Below are positions 13,052-25,624 of a stretch of 64,000 bases of DNA, piece after piece. This DNA comes from Octopus sinensis (lineage: Eukaryota), in assembly GCF_006345805.1 (NCBI RefSeq), contig NC_043009.1, positions 63,612,001-63,676,000 on the forward strand, written 5' to 3'. The notes under the pieces are model-generated. The model saw only the letters and a program-made list of their open reading frames with translations. It was not told the origin of the DNA and searched no databases. The position numbers were made by a program, and so were the translations under genes. Numbering within the stretch: position 1 is the stretch's first letter; each line of letters begins with the position of its first letter.

Positions 13052-13089
13052 TCTTTTACGTTTCGAGCCTACGCTCTTCGACAGAAAGA
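13052..13089 (-). ncRNA. Minimal type I hammerhead ribozyme motif (core variant CUGUCGA) in a Penelope-type pLTR fragment (about 12985-13170)
   Basis: Minus strand UCUUU-CUGUCGA-A-GAGC(GUAG)GCUC-GAAA-CGUA-AAAGA: stem I, core, extra A, stem II, GAAA, palindromic ACGU stem III, GUA site. Confidence 0.7.
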
Positions 13090-13175
13090 TACACAGAAAA
13101 GAAACAAGGAGAGAAACAAGGAGAGAAAAAAATGCGTGCAGGAGCTAACGGTTCATCATAGCGTTCGGATGTATG

Positions 13176-13247
<72 letters not shown>

Positions 13248-13524
13248 ATATATATTTGTTATTAGCGACAGAAGCTGGATTAATGGCTTGTGTTGGTCGA
13301 CCACGTGCCACATAGACCCGTTAAGGAGGTATCTCGCTGAGATGGTGTGGAGTGACTGGGACTCTACTCGACTGCGGTCGCCCAGGAGGACCCGGGAATA
13401 TTGTTTAGGGGTTTATAATTTATGGAGGTTTTATTGCATACAATACATTTGCGCGCGTGTGTATTCTTCTTGGGAGCCGAGGGAGTACTACATGGGTGTT
13501 CAACCTGATAATAATCCTTTCTAC

Positions 13525-14235
13525 TATAGACAGAAGAGGAGGAGGGGTAGTCGACTGCTTCGACCCCAGCACACAACTGGTACGTATTTCAAAAGTAAAG
13601 TCGACCCCGGCAGTATTTGAATTCAGAGAGTAAAACCGGAAGAAATGCCGCTGAGTATTTTATCCGGCATGCCAACGATTCTGCCAGCTTGCTGCATTAC
13701 TCAGCGTGTTAATATTGGTTTCAAATTTTAGCACAAGGCCAGCAATTTTGGGAGTGGGGCTACGTACATTACTCGATCGCAGTACGCAACTGGTACTTAA
13801 TCTGTTCTACTCTTGACACAAGGCCTGAAATTTTGTGGGGAAGGGGTCAGTCGATTAGATCGACCCCAGTACGCAACTGGTACTTAATTTATCGATCTCG
13901 AAAGGATGAAAGGCAAAGTTGACCTCGGTGGAATTTGAACTCAGGACATAGCGACTGATGAAATACCGCTGAGCATTTGGTCCAACGTAGTAACAGTTCT
14001 AACAGCTGTCTGGCTTTTCAACACCTTAGTAATCTGCTCTATTCTAGGCACAAGGCCCGAAATTTTGGAGAAGGGGCCAGTCGATTAGGTCAACCCCAGT
14101 ACGCAACTGGTACTTAATTTATCGACCCCGAAAAGATGAAAGGTAAAATCGACCTCGACGGAATTTGAACCCAGAACGTAAAGACAGACGAAATGCCGCT
14201 AAGCTTAACGTTTCTGCCAACTCGCCACCTTTTCC
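13525..14235 (-). mobile_element. SINE family A cluster
   Basis: About three consecutive minus-strand copies. Confidence 0.8.
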
Positions 14236-15055
14236 AACACCTTCATAATAGCATCTAAGTACTCTTCAAATTACACCCAGGTCAGGTCGTCTTTATTTTT
14301 AAAAAGAAACCTAAGGAAGGGTATATTAGATACTTTGGATTGGTACACTAGACTTGAAAATGCAATACAGGATGGTCTCAGCTGAAACGGCTTTGACTAT
14401 GGGGGTCAGCTCGATCAGGGCTGACTGAGACTCGAGAAACAACAGTCTTCTGCGTGTGTATTTGTAAGTGTGTGTGTGTGTGTGGTGGGGGGGGGGGTGC
14501 AGTTTAACCCCGTTTTATCAGTGACAGTCAAGAACAAACCCGTCCATTAGCAATTAGGTATTTCGAAAACACTTCAACGTTGGCTGGTTTTTGCCTTCCA
14601 TCTGCGGTTGTCATTCGATGTGTGAGATCAGAAATAGGGGAAATAATATGCTCCGTGTGTGAACATGTCATTGTTAGGACATCTGAGATAAGAAGGGGAT
14701 TTAATCCTTGATATTTTGGCGGGGGCCTTTCACAGCCATTGTGCAGGGGTTCGAATGCAGACTACGTATCACCTGAACATCGACAAAAACAACCACAAAA
14801 TTGTAGATGTGTTAAAAAAAAAAAATCAATAATTTCATTTTGATTACTCTTTACTCTTTTACTTGTTTCAGTCATTTGACTGCGGCCATGCTGGAGCACC
14901 GCCTTACGTCGAGCAAATCGACCCCGGGACTTATTCTTTTGTAAGCCCAGTACTTATTCTATCGGTATCTTTTGTCGAACCGCTAAGTGACGGGGACGTA
15001 AACACACCAGCATCGGTTGTCAAGCAATGCTAGGGGGACAAACACAGACACACAA

Positions 15056-15088
<33 letters not shown>

Positions 15089-16019
15089 CATATATATACA
15101 TATATACGACAGGCTTCTTTCAGTTTCCATCTACCAAATCCACTCACAAGGCATTGGTCGGCCCGGGGCCATAGCAGAAGACACTTGCCCAAGGTGCCAC
15201 GCAGTGGGACTGAACCTGGAACCATGTCGTTGGTTAGCAAGCTACTTACCACACAGCCACTATTAAACTCACTTTTCATTAAACTTATTTCTAATTAATT
15301 GTGAGCCGTAATTATGTTTTATCGTTTAAATAAAAATATGTCCGCCATTTCTATTACTGACAAAGTCTATCTTTTTATTTATTTTTTGATGTTTTACTCA
15401 TTGGACTGCGGCCATGCTGTGGCTCTGCCTTGAAGGGTTTAGTCGAACAAATCGAGCAACGTATTTGTTTTTAAATCTAGTATTTATTCTATCGGCGTCT
15501 TTTGACGAATCACAAAAGTTACGGGAAACGTAAACAAACCGACAGTGGTTGCCAAGCGATATGGGGGGGGGGGAGAAGCGCAAATCCAAAGACACATGCA
15601 CGCATACATACATACACACACAAGCATACGTGCACACACACACAGGCAAACACACACACACACACACACACACATACACATATACCACGTGCTTCTACAC
15701 AATTCCCGTCTACCAAATTCACTCACCAATCCGGGCTTTGATCGCGCAGTGGGATTGAACGCGAAACTATGTGGTTGCAAAGCTAGCTTCGTAACCACAC
15801 AGCCAATCAAAATGTAAACAAATCGGGACACAAAAGACTATCAAGTGCTCCATGACCCCCAAATACATTAAAATTGAAATTTTTTGACAAAATGTTTGAA
15901 ACCCCCGGTGTCCTACTCGTAGAACGCGGCTCGTTTGTCGTGGATCTCTGCTCTACGTGGTTACTCAGCCTACTAAAAAAAAAATAGCAGCCAAATCTCC
16001 TTCAGATGATACTGTAGCG

Positions 16020-16110
16020 ATAAAGTTCTTTCAGTTATCATCATAGACCGTTTGAAACCATTCCTCATAGAAATAGCTAAAGAACAGGCTGGCTTTAGAA
16101 ATGAACATGG
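16020..16110 (+). mobile_element. LINE reverse transcriptase scrap
   Basis: Translates DRLKPFLIEIAKEQAGFRNEHG, containing the EQAGFR motif of non-LTR RTs. Confidence 0.6.
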
Positions 16111-16889
16111 CTGGGGCCGGTTAAAGACCCATCGAGGCCCTAAGCACCAAAAGATTTTGGTGCCCACATAAAAGATTATGTAATTCAAAGGCATCTCGAA
16201 TATTATTTTAGCAAGTTTAAAGGGATTTCTTTTGTGCGGACTGATGACACAAATACCAGTCGAATACTGAGATCGATTTAATTGATTCCACCACTCCAGA
16301 AGTAAGTGTGGTTGTGTAGCCTTATGTTTGAAATCTAGATTTCAGCCGTGAGATCATGAGTCCTTAGGAAAGTGACTGCATTCACAGCAAAGAACTTTGA
16401 TGAGAGACACACAGACACCACTTCCAGGTGTTTTAGCAATTTGTTCTATGACTGAGAAAGAAGAAACCTACTTGTTGTTGCTCGACCTGATAGAAATAGC
16501 AGACAACTCATACCTTACCATCTTGAGAATATTCCCCACAATGTTTTGGCATTAGGAAGGGCATCCAGCTGTAGAATCTCTGCCAGATCAAGATTGGAGC
16601 CTGGTGCAGCCATCTGGTTTGCCAGACCTCAATCAAATCGTCCAACCCATGCTAGCTTGGAAAGCGGACGTTAAATGATGATGATGATGATGAATGTAGT
16701 CTGAGATATAAAAAAAACAAACTATGAGATGGTCATGGTTGTAACGCCAGCGATCTAAGTTTGTTCTTGAGCTAAACAACAACATCAACAACAATAAAAG
16801 AGAAATATATTTCAAAACAGCCAAAGAAAATGGAGTTGGAAATGTAGTTGTCATGAAAAAACAGGATGGAAGCTCTTTCTAAAATCCTT

Positions 16890-17990
16890 TCTTATTTTGG
16901 TTCAAGGTTAGCAGCTTTGAGGGGCAGGGCAGTCGATTACAACAGCCCAGTGTTCAACTGGTATTTTATTTTGTCACCCTACCAAAAGAATGAAAGGTAA
17001 AGTTGTCCTCAGCAGTATTTGAACCCAGAAGACAAAGAGCCAGAAGCAATGTCACTCAACGTTTGCCCCACGTCCCAATGGGTTCCTTTGGCTCACTGCC
17101 TTAAAACGATTTCTAATAGGTTTCAAATTTTGGCACAAGGCCAGCAACTTTGAAGGAGGGGGTAAGTCAGTTACATCAACCCAGTGTTCAACTTGTACTT
17201 ATTTTATTGACCTCCAAAAAGATGAAAGCAAAGGTGACTGTGGTGGGGTTTGAACTCAGGATGTAGAGACAGACAAAATGCTGCTATGCATTTTGTGCAA
17301 TGTGCTAACGATTCAGCCAACAACCCACCTTGAAGCTATTTCTATTCTTTTCTACTCTAGGCACAAGGTCCGAAATTTTGGGGGTGGGGGGCCAGTCATT
17401 TAGATTGACCCCAGTATGCAACTGGCACTTAATTTATCGACCCCAAAAGGATGAAAGGCAAAGTCAACCTCTGTGGAATTTGAACTCAGAATGTAAAGAC
17501 AGACAAAATACCTATTTCTTTACTACCCACAAAGGGCTAAACACAGAGGGGACAAACAAGGACAGACAAACGGATTAAGTCAATTATATTGACCCCAGTG
17601 CATAACTGGTACTTAATTTATCGACCCCAAAAGGATGAAAGGCAAAGTCGACCTCGGCAGAATTTGAACTCAGAACGCAGCGGCGGACGAAATACCGCTA
17701 AGCATTTCGCCAGGTGTGCTAACGTTTCTGCCAGCTTGCCACCTTTAAAGAATATTCTTTTCTACTCTAGACACAAGGCCCGAAATTTTGGGGGAACGGG
17801 GGCCAGTTGATTAGATCGACCACAGTATGCAACTGGCACTTAATTTATCAACCCTAAAAAGATGAAAGGCAGAATCGACCTCGATGGAATTTGAACTCAG
17901 AATGTAAAGACAGACGAAATACCGCTAAGCATTTCGCCCAGCATGCTAACGTTTCTACCAGCTCGCCACCTTAAAGCTATTTGTATTATG
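16890..17990 (-). mobile_element. SINE family A cluster (about 5 units, CpG-decayed)
   Basis: Repeated ttgaactcag...ctgccagc units with CpG to TpG/CpA changes. Confidence 0.8.
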
Positions 17991-18395
17991 TCCACAACTG
18001 TGTGTCTGACTGGATCCTGGTCAATAAAGTGCAAAGATTTCAACAGAATTAAGACTGTTTATCAACACATTATCCATAAACCCTGACTGGATTTATTATA
18101 TATTGCAGATCAGTGAAATGTTTTCTCAAGAGACATAAATTATGGCAAAATTAGTTCTCACACGTTCACCAGTAGATCTCGACAGCCAGCTTATCACCGT
18201 CTGTGTGACAGCAAGCTCTCATTGAGATTACAATTTAAGTAGATCCTTGTTTAGCAAAATCAGAACTCTAAATAAATTATATATTCATCACATCAAAAGA
18301 ATTGTCAGATATTCAGTCAATAATTTCACTGAATTAAAATTTGAGTTGATAAAATATGAGTTGAAGTAAAACTGATGTTTTGTGGTTTATAGAGT

Positions 18396-18790
18396 GACTA
18401 GCAGTATCGCCCGGTGTTGCTTGGGTTTGTTTCGATCCTTTAGAATTGGAATTTTTGAAAAGTAAAAATTTTGCATTATGTAGCTTGTTATTCTCTTAAA
18501 GTGAAAAATGTTTCTGGTTGAAATACACCGAAAAGTGGCGACATAGCAGTCAAAAAATCGTAAAAAATAGGGATTTTCATAGAAAAAAAAAGCACCTTTT
18601 TGATGTAAATAATTTTTGGTGTTAACATGGTCCGATTTGAATTTTATCTTCTACGGAATGAAGAGCAAGCCTTCTTCTATCATACTCTCAATTTTGGTCA
18701 ACTTGTGCCGCAGGGTCTCGGAGGAGATAGTGTTAGTTGAAGGCTACCAAACCTGCCATACACAGACAACTTCAGTTTGATTTACAGAGT
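18396..18790 (-). mobile_element. Related non-autonomous Helitron
   Basis: Shares the terminus ACTAGCAGTATCGCCCGGTGTTGC with the 58.3 kb copy; different interior. Confidence 0.65.
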
Positions 18791-19837
18791 AATTAATCTC
18801 CAGTTAATGTTTTAGTCTGTGTAAATGGACGGAGTGGGGTTAGTTATTTGTGTGCTTCTGAAGATATGAAATGTCATTCAAGCACATTTAGATTACAAAT
18901 ACGGAGCAGAAATAACTGGGTTTGGTTAAAGTTCAGCTTTTTAACAATTACAGCTAAGTGGTTATTAACTGTTGACTGTTAACCTTAGTGATTAGTCTGT
19001 GTCTCTTAACTCTTATCCTCTCGCTCTCTCTCAGTATTTACAGTTTGTCTCTGGTCACGATTTGTCAGTGGTTACTTCATCTACCTGAAAGAGGTTACTC
19101 TATTTCTTTCAGCGATAACGAGCAATCATTGGTTAAAATCTACCTCACATCACTTAAGTTGTTATTGTCTATCAATCGTTGTAGAGCCATCTCTGTCAGT
19201 CTCTCTCTCTCTCTCTCTCTCGCCAGTAAAATCTGCCAAAGGTTACACATCAGACCCAGGGGCTGCATTTCGTCAGTGGTTACCATAGCTACTGTCTGTC
19301 TCAGAATTGTCTCTGAGGCTACAGTCAGAGAGCTTAGAGTCTGTTTCAGGCCTAAAGTCTGTCAATGGTTTTGTCTGTACCCGTGGTTACTATATCAGTG
19401 GTTTCAGTCTATCTCCGTGGTTACAGTTTGTCCCAATGGATTCTGTCTGCCACTGAATACAGTTTGTCAAAGATTAGTTTTTGTTTTTCTCACAGAGGTT
19501 GCTGTCAGTCATTTGTTAAATCTGCAATCACGGCCTTTCAGTGGTTGCTGACCCATGAAGTTGTTTAGTTTTCTTGGGCCGAAACTGAAGAATGCAACAC
19601 AAGGCTAATAAAAGTTTTAAATTTTGATACAAAGCCAGCAATTTTATATGGAAGGGTTAAGCCAATCACACTGATCGTAATGCTCTTTAATTAATGCTGT
19701 AAAAATGCAAGACAAAGATGACTTTGGGAGAATTTGAACTCAGAACATTAAGAGTCAGAAAAAGAGCAGCTAAGCATTTCGTCCAGCACGGTAATGCTTC
19801 TGCCAGGCTAATAAACCTTACTAATATAGGCACAAAG

Positions 19838-20177
19838 CACTAGCATAGCTAGAGAGCATGCTACCCGAGGTGGCCTTTAAGTTTGCTACCCACCCTGCTG
19901 GGCCCTCACAAAAAATATATATTACCTACAGCAGACCCAAAAGTGGTGCCACCTGGAGCAGACTGGCTCCCCAACTTCCCTGCACTCTCTAAGCTAGTGA
20001 CACAAAGCCTGAAATTTTAAATATAGACACAAAGCATTAGCATAGCTAGAGTGTGTGGCCCTTAAGTTTGCTACCCCACTGGGCTCCCACAAAAATATAC
20101 ATTGCCTACAGAAGATCCCAAAGTGGTGCCACCTGGGGTAGACCGACATTCCCTTCCCTTCCCTCTCTATGCTAGTG
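19838..20177. mobile_element. Two tandem copies of a small hAT-like MITE (19838-19999, 20035-20177)
   Basis: TIR CACTAGCATAG-like. The 8-bp TSD ACACAAAG is perfect in copy 2 and 7/8 in copy 1. Confidence 0.7.
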
Positions 20178-20924
20178 ACACAAAGCCTGAAATTTTAAGT
20201 CAAGTGCATCAATCCATGTACTTGACTGCTACTTTTTTTTTTTGTCGACCCTGCTGAAACAATGAAAGACAAGTCAACCTAGGCAGAATTTGAACACACG
20301 ATGTAAAAAGCCAAAAGTAATACTGTCAAGTATTTTGTCCAGCATAGGAGCATTTCTGCCAGTTCACCATCTTCAAAGCTCATCATCGTCGTTTAATGTC
20401 TGCTTTCCATGCTGGCATGGGTTGGACGATTTGGCTGAAGACTGGTGAGCCAGAAGGCTGCACCAGGCTCCAATCTGATCTGGCAATGTTTCTACAGTTG
20501 GATGCCCTTCCTAACACCAAGCACTCCAAGAGTGTAGTGGATGCTTTTTATATGCCACCAGCACAGGACCCAGTCAGGTGGTACTGGTATCAGCCACGCT
20601 TGAATGGTGCTTTTTACGTGCCACCGGCACAGAGGCCAATCAGGCGGCACTGGCATCAGCCATGCTTGAATGGTACTTTTTACATGCCACCGGCATGGGG
20701 GCCAGTCAGGCAGTACTGGCATCGGCCATGCTCAAATAGTGCTTTTTACATGTCACCGTCACAGGGGCCAGTCAGGTGGCACTGGCAACAACCACGCTCG
20801 AATGGTGCTTTTTACGTGCCACTGGGTCCGGACAGCTGGCTAATAACAAAAATTAAAACATGATGTTTGGTACATGTGTTAGAGAGCAAAAACAACAAAG
20901 GAGAAAAGAAAACAAAAAAACAAA

Positions 20925-21320
20925 AATTCTGATCAGAAAATATTTATTTATATAAATATCATTGATGCGGTTTTGGAAAACACTTTTAATAAAACATCTT
21001 CTTCTCCTCTGCCATCTTTTAGTTTGTCGTGTTTCTATTAAAATACCTTTTCCGTTAATAAAGTGGGCAGATTCTACACCTTTCGCACCCATGATACACC
21101 GTTCTATATAAACATGTTGTAGAGGTGAGGAATATAATATTATGGTGAGGACGAAGTGGGGGGGCGGCGGAGGATAACCAGACCTGGGTGTTGGTTGGGT
21201 GGGTGGGTGAACGGGTGGAGAGGAGTCAGTTTTCTAACTGAACTAAATATTTAAATATTTTACATCAGTATACACATACATACTTGCATTAACCGACAAA
21301 TATTATATATATACACACAC

Positions 21321-21361
<41 letters not shown>

Positions 21362-21483
21362 TGTACCCTCACAACATTTTCACTGCACTATAAGGCATTA
21401 AAATCTCAAGTATTCAATGTTTTTCTTTTCACATTTTGATTTCCTGTCATATTTTTTGTATTTTTTATTGTTTTCCTTTATTA

Positions 21484-21514
<31 letters not shown>

Positions 21515-21690
21515 TATTGGTCTTGTTCTTCAATAAAACTTACTTATATTTCATTCTAGTACGTTGCCATGGCGTGGTGGCGTTGGCGGCGATGGTGGCC
21601 AGGGGTGGGGGTGGATATCTCTAAAGCACTCTAGACTGGAGACGAGGTGGACGTTGAACACACACAAAGTCGAAATTCATGCAAGTCTTG
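20925..21690 (-). other. MOSPD2: Putative terminal 3'UTR exon of MOSPD2 with poly(A) signal
   Basis: Strong acceptor tttttgtttttttgtttctatttgtacag| at 21691. AATAAA at 20948-20943 is followed by a U/GU-rich tract. A matching donor CAGG|GTAAGT lies at 26090/26089. Confidence 0.6.
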
Positions 21691-22221
21691 CTGTACAAAT
21701 AGAAACAAAAAAACAAAAAAAAAAACATAGTTCATTTAGCTGTTCACTTGTGCTATTTCATCTATGCGGCATTTGCTAAAAAAAAAATTCTTTACAGCAT
21801 ATTACATGTGAGAATATATCTAATAAGATGTGAGAGTGAAAGAAACTCTGTGTGTGTGTGTGCATGCGTATGTGTGTGTGTATCATTAGTTTTATAGACA
21901 CTGTTACCATACAGTCCTGGTCAGAGAAGTTCACCCTTACAAAACAGCTGATTGAGTTCCCACACTTTACCATCTCACCTGAGAGACCCCCTAAGATTCT
22001 AAACCTGATTTAAATTTTACCCAAGTTTTCCTTGATCTACTTTTATCACTGGCACATTCTTACAATACATCTATCTCTATATATATATGCAAGCATGTAT
22101 ATATATATATATATTGCTTTTTTCTTGGTTATAATCACCCCACATAATTTTATGGTTAATACCATAAAGAATTCTGGTGCATCTAAGTTAAGTACCATAT
22201 TCATTTGAATCTTAATTGTTT

Positions 22222-22262
<41 letters not shown>

Positions 22263-22670
22263 ATATTTATTTTGGCCTGCTCGCTTAGCTAGCGGGGTGG
22301 TGTCATTTGAAGGCTAAAACAATGTGAAGCGCATTGTGACCAGTGATGTGTAGCAACATCTGATAGCCTGGTTGGTCACAGTGATCATCATCATCATCAT
22401 CGTCGTTTAACGTCCGTTCTCCATGCTAGCATGGGTTGGACGGTTCGACCGGGGTTCTGGGAAGCCAGAAGGCTGCACCAGGCTCCAGTCTAATTTGGCA
22501 ATGTTTCTACAGCTGGATGCCCTTCCTAACGCCAACCACTCCGTGAGTGTAGTGGGTGCTTTTTACGTGCCACCTGCACAGGTGCCAGGCGGGGCTGGCA
22601 ACGGCCACGGTCAGATTGGTGTATTTTATGTGCCACCGGCACGGAAGCCAGTCGAGGCGGTGCTGGCATC

Positions 22671-22991
22671 GGCCACGAGTCGGATAGTGCTTTTTACGTA
22701 CCACCAGACCAGGGATCCTGGCTGGTTCAATTCGATTTCGATTTCGCTTGCCCCAACATGTCTTCACGAGCAAAGGGGGTTGGCAAGGGTGCCTGTCGTA
22801 CGGTCGCATTGGAGTATTTTACGTGCCACGGCCACGAGTCGGATAGTGCTTTTTACGTACCACCAGACCAGGGATCCTGGCTGGTTCAATTCGATTTCGA
22901 TTTCGCTTGCCCCAACATGTCTTCACAAGCAAAGGGGGTTGGCATGGGTGCCTGTCGTACGGTCGCATTGGAGTATTTTACGTGCCACGGC
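22671..22991. repeat. 159-bp near-identical tandem duplication inside a family D copy
   Basis: GGCCACGAGTCGGATAG occurs at 22671 and 22830. Confidence 0.9.
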
Positions 22992-24635
22992 CCCGAATGT
23001 ATGTATATATTTATATATGTATATAGTTACACATACATATATTCATACACACACACACACACACATATATATACATACATACATACATACATACATACAG
23101 AGTTAGTAGTGAGTTAGTAAGTGTAGTTATGTACATGGTAATACTAGGAACAAACTAAACAACAAAAAAAAAGAACTCAATACTTTCAGCTAAGAGTAAA
23201 TATTTATTTTATAGTTTTTACAGTTCCAACTAACAGCATACCATTATGCAGAGTTTCGTGTCTCTGTTCTTAGACATTCCTCTGATGATTCTGGTTGTTG
23301 GAGCAATACCTCTTTCATTTGAAGCTTACCAGCATGGTTGGTCATGTAGTGGACTCCCAGTCTGTCATATATGCAGAATGGTGTACATAGATATTTACAC
23401 ATATACACAAACATGCATCCATGCCTGTGCGCGCGTGTGTGTGTGTGTGTGTGTGTGGTAAAATGAGAACTGGTGTACCATTACGTATCTTGGTAGATTT
23501 TTATTTGGAATTGTTCAATTGATAACTAAGAGGTTTATTCCAGAAATTTCTAAAGAAGCTTTCAGTGAGCTAGTTACTTCATTTCTGTCACAAATAATGG
23601 CTCCCAACCTTGCCGTGGATCCAAATAGAGGTATTCACTTATATATATATATACGTAGAGAGAGAGAGAAAGAGAGAGAGAGAGGGGTATGGTCTGATGA
23701 CATCAATTCCACCTGACCAGAACTCCATTCACCTTGGTGAGTGGAAAAGAAATGCCTTCTTTAGGTGATATTAATAACATATACATACATATATATATAT
23801 ATATATTCTTTTACTTGTTTCAGTCATTTTGACTGCAGCCATTTTGACTGCAGCCATACTGGAGCACTGCCTTTAGTCAAGCAAATCAACCCCCAAAACT
23901 TAATTTTTGTAAGCCTAGTACTTATTCTATCGGTCTCTTTTTCCAAACTGCTAAGTTACGGGGACATAAACACACCAACATCAGTTGTCAAGCGATGTTG
24001 GGACACACACACACACACACATATATGACAGGCTTCTTTCAGTTTCCGTCTACGAAATCCACTCACAAGGCTCTGATCGGCCTGAGGCTATAGTAGAAGA
24101 CTCTTGCCCAAGATGCCATGCAATGGGACTGAACCCAGAACCATATGGTTTGTAAGCAAGAGAGAAATATACCTCAAACCAAAGTGTCTAAGATGACCAA
24201 AATGCCAGCCCCATTGTAATGGTTATGTCCAGCTCAGCATGTTAACCAATTAACCAATCTGCAGTTCTTAGGTGGAGGGTAAAACTTTGCATCCCCTTAA
24301 GTGAAGCCAACACATTGCTTTCAATTTAATGATTCAGTTTTAAGAAATCAGGAGTATCACATTTGTTTCACAAACTCTTTCTTCCATCACATTAAACTCC
24401 CTATTCATCCAATGAGTGATCTTCCTAGAATTCCCACCACATCATCTCATAACTAAATTCCCCAAGTGTTTCCATCTCTTCATTTAACAACTAAACTCCC
24501 TAATACTTACTTTGTTTCATGGCTAAACTCCTTGGTACTCCCATCACTTCATCTGACAACAAGACTACTAACAGCACTACTTCGTTTTGTGACTACACTT
24601 CCCAGTACTCTCACCACTTGATGACTAAACTCCTT

Positions 24636-24979
24636 AATTTACATTATTTACATTTGACACATATTTGTCCTCATCTTGTTTGTTGTTAACACAACATTTC
24701 AGCTGATATACTCTCCATCCTTCATCAGGTGTCTTGGGGAAATTTCAAATCTGGGTTCTCATTCCCAAGGTACTTTTTCCAATGTCATTATTATTATTAA
24801 TATTATTATTCAGGTCACTGCCTGGAATCAAACTCAGAATCTTGGGATTAGTAGCCCACGCTCTTAACCACTACGCCATATCCCCGTGGTTAACAACAAA
24901 CAGGATGAGGACAAATATCCGTCAAACGCAAATAATGTAAATAACGTACACAATTCCTCATCTCTCAAATATAGAACTG
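24636..24979 (-). mobile_element. tRNA-headed Penelope-type non-autonomous element with inverted partial terminal repeat (copy A)
   Basis: tRNA-like head at 24885-24812 (A- and B-box-like), then (AAT)n, then a pLTR-like body with a hammerhead. An inverted copy of the 3' end lies at 24892-24979. Confidence 0.65.
24688..24733 (-). ncRNA. Minimal type I hammerhead motif, partly decayed (copy A)
   Basis: GACAC-CUGAUGA-A-GGAUG...CAGCU-GAAA-UGUU-GUGUU. Core intact; stems II and III are damaged, mostly by CpG transitions. Confidence 0.7.
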
Positions 24980-25426
24980 AATTCCTTAATTTACTCCTAA
25001 CATTTCATCTGAGGACCAAAATCCTCATACGCTGCCACTTAATCTGATGACTACATTTGGATTAGCTTTAAACATTCAGGTGACTAACCTGGGTAATAAC
25101 AATGACAAATCCTACTGCTACTGCTGCTAATTGAAGGAAGAAAACCCAATCCCCCCCCCAACTCCTAACTAGTTCACAATGAATCTCTTCCCTCTGAAGT
25201 TCCATGGAAAGTGGACCCTACAGACAGCTCTTATCACAGCCTTGTGTTGATGTGTACATGTATGTATGCATGTGTAGGCATATAAGTGTGTATGTGTGTG
25301 TGTGTTGATATACATACACATACACACATATATTTATATTTTGTGAAATTTGATTTAGTATTTCTAATCTGAATTTTTCCCTGTAAGTTTGGAATAATAT
25401 TCCCTCATATTATTATTATTACTATT

Positions 25427-25458
<32 letters not shown>

Positions 25459-25586
25459 TATATAATGAATTTGTGTACATATGGATATATTTATACAAGT
25501 ATATACATACACTTGTGAATTTATACATGTATTGATGCCCATTTAGACACAACTATGCATGCATGCACCGATGTATATATATATAC

Positions 25587-25624
<38 letters not shown>

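Noticed and set aside
18988-19551. 187-aa plus-strand ORF
   Set aside because: Low-complexity degenerate repeat, no ATG start and no recognisable domain.
22423-23106. 227-aa ORF, the longest in the track
   Set aside because: Lies entirely within a family D repeat, its 159-bp duplication and a microsatellite.
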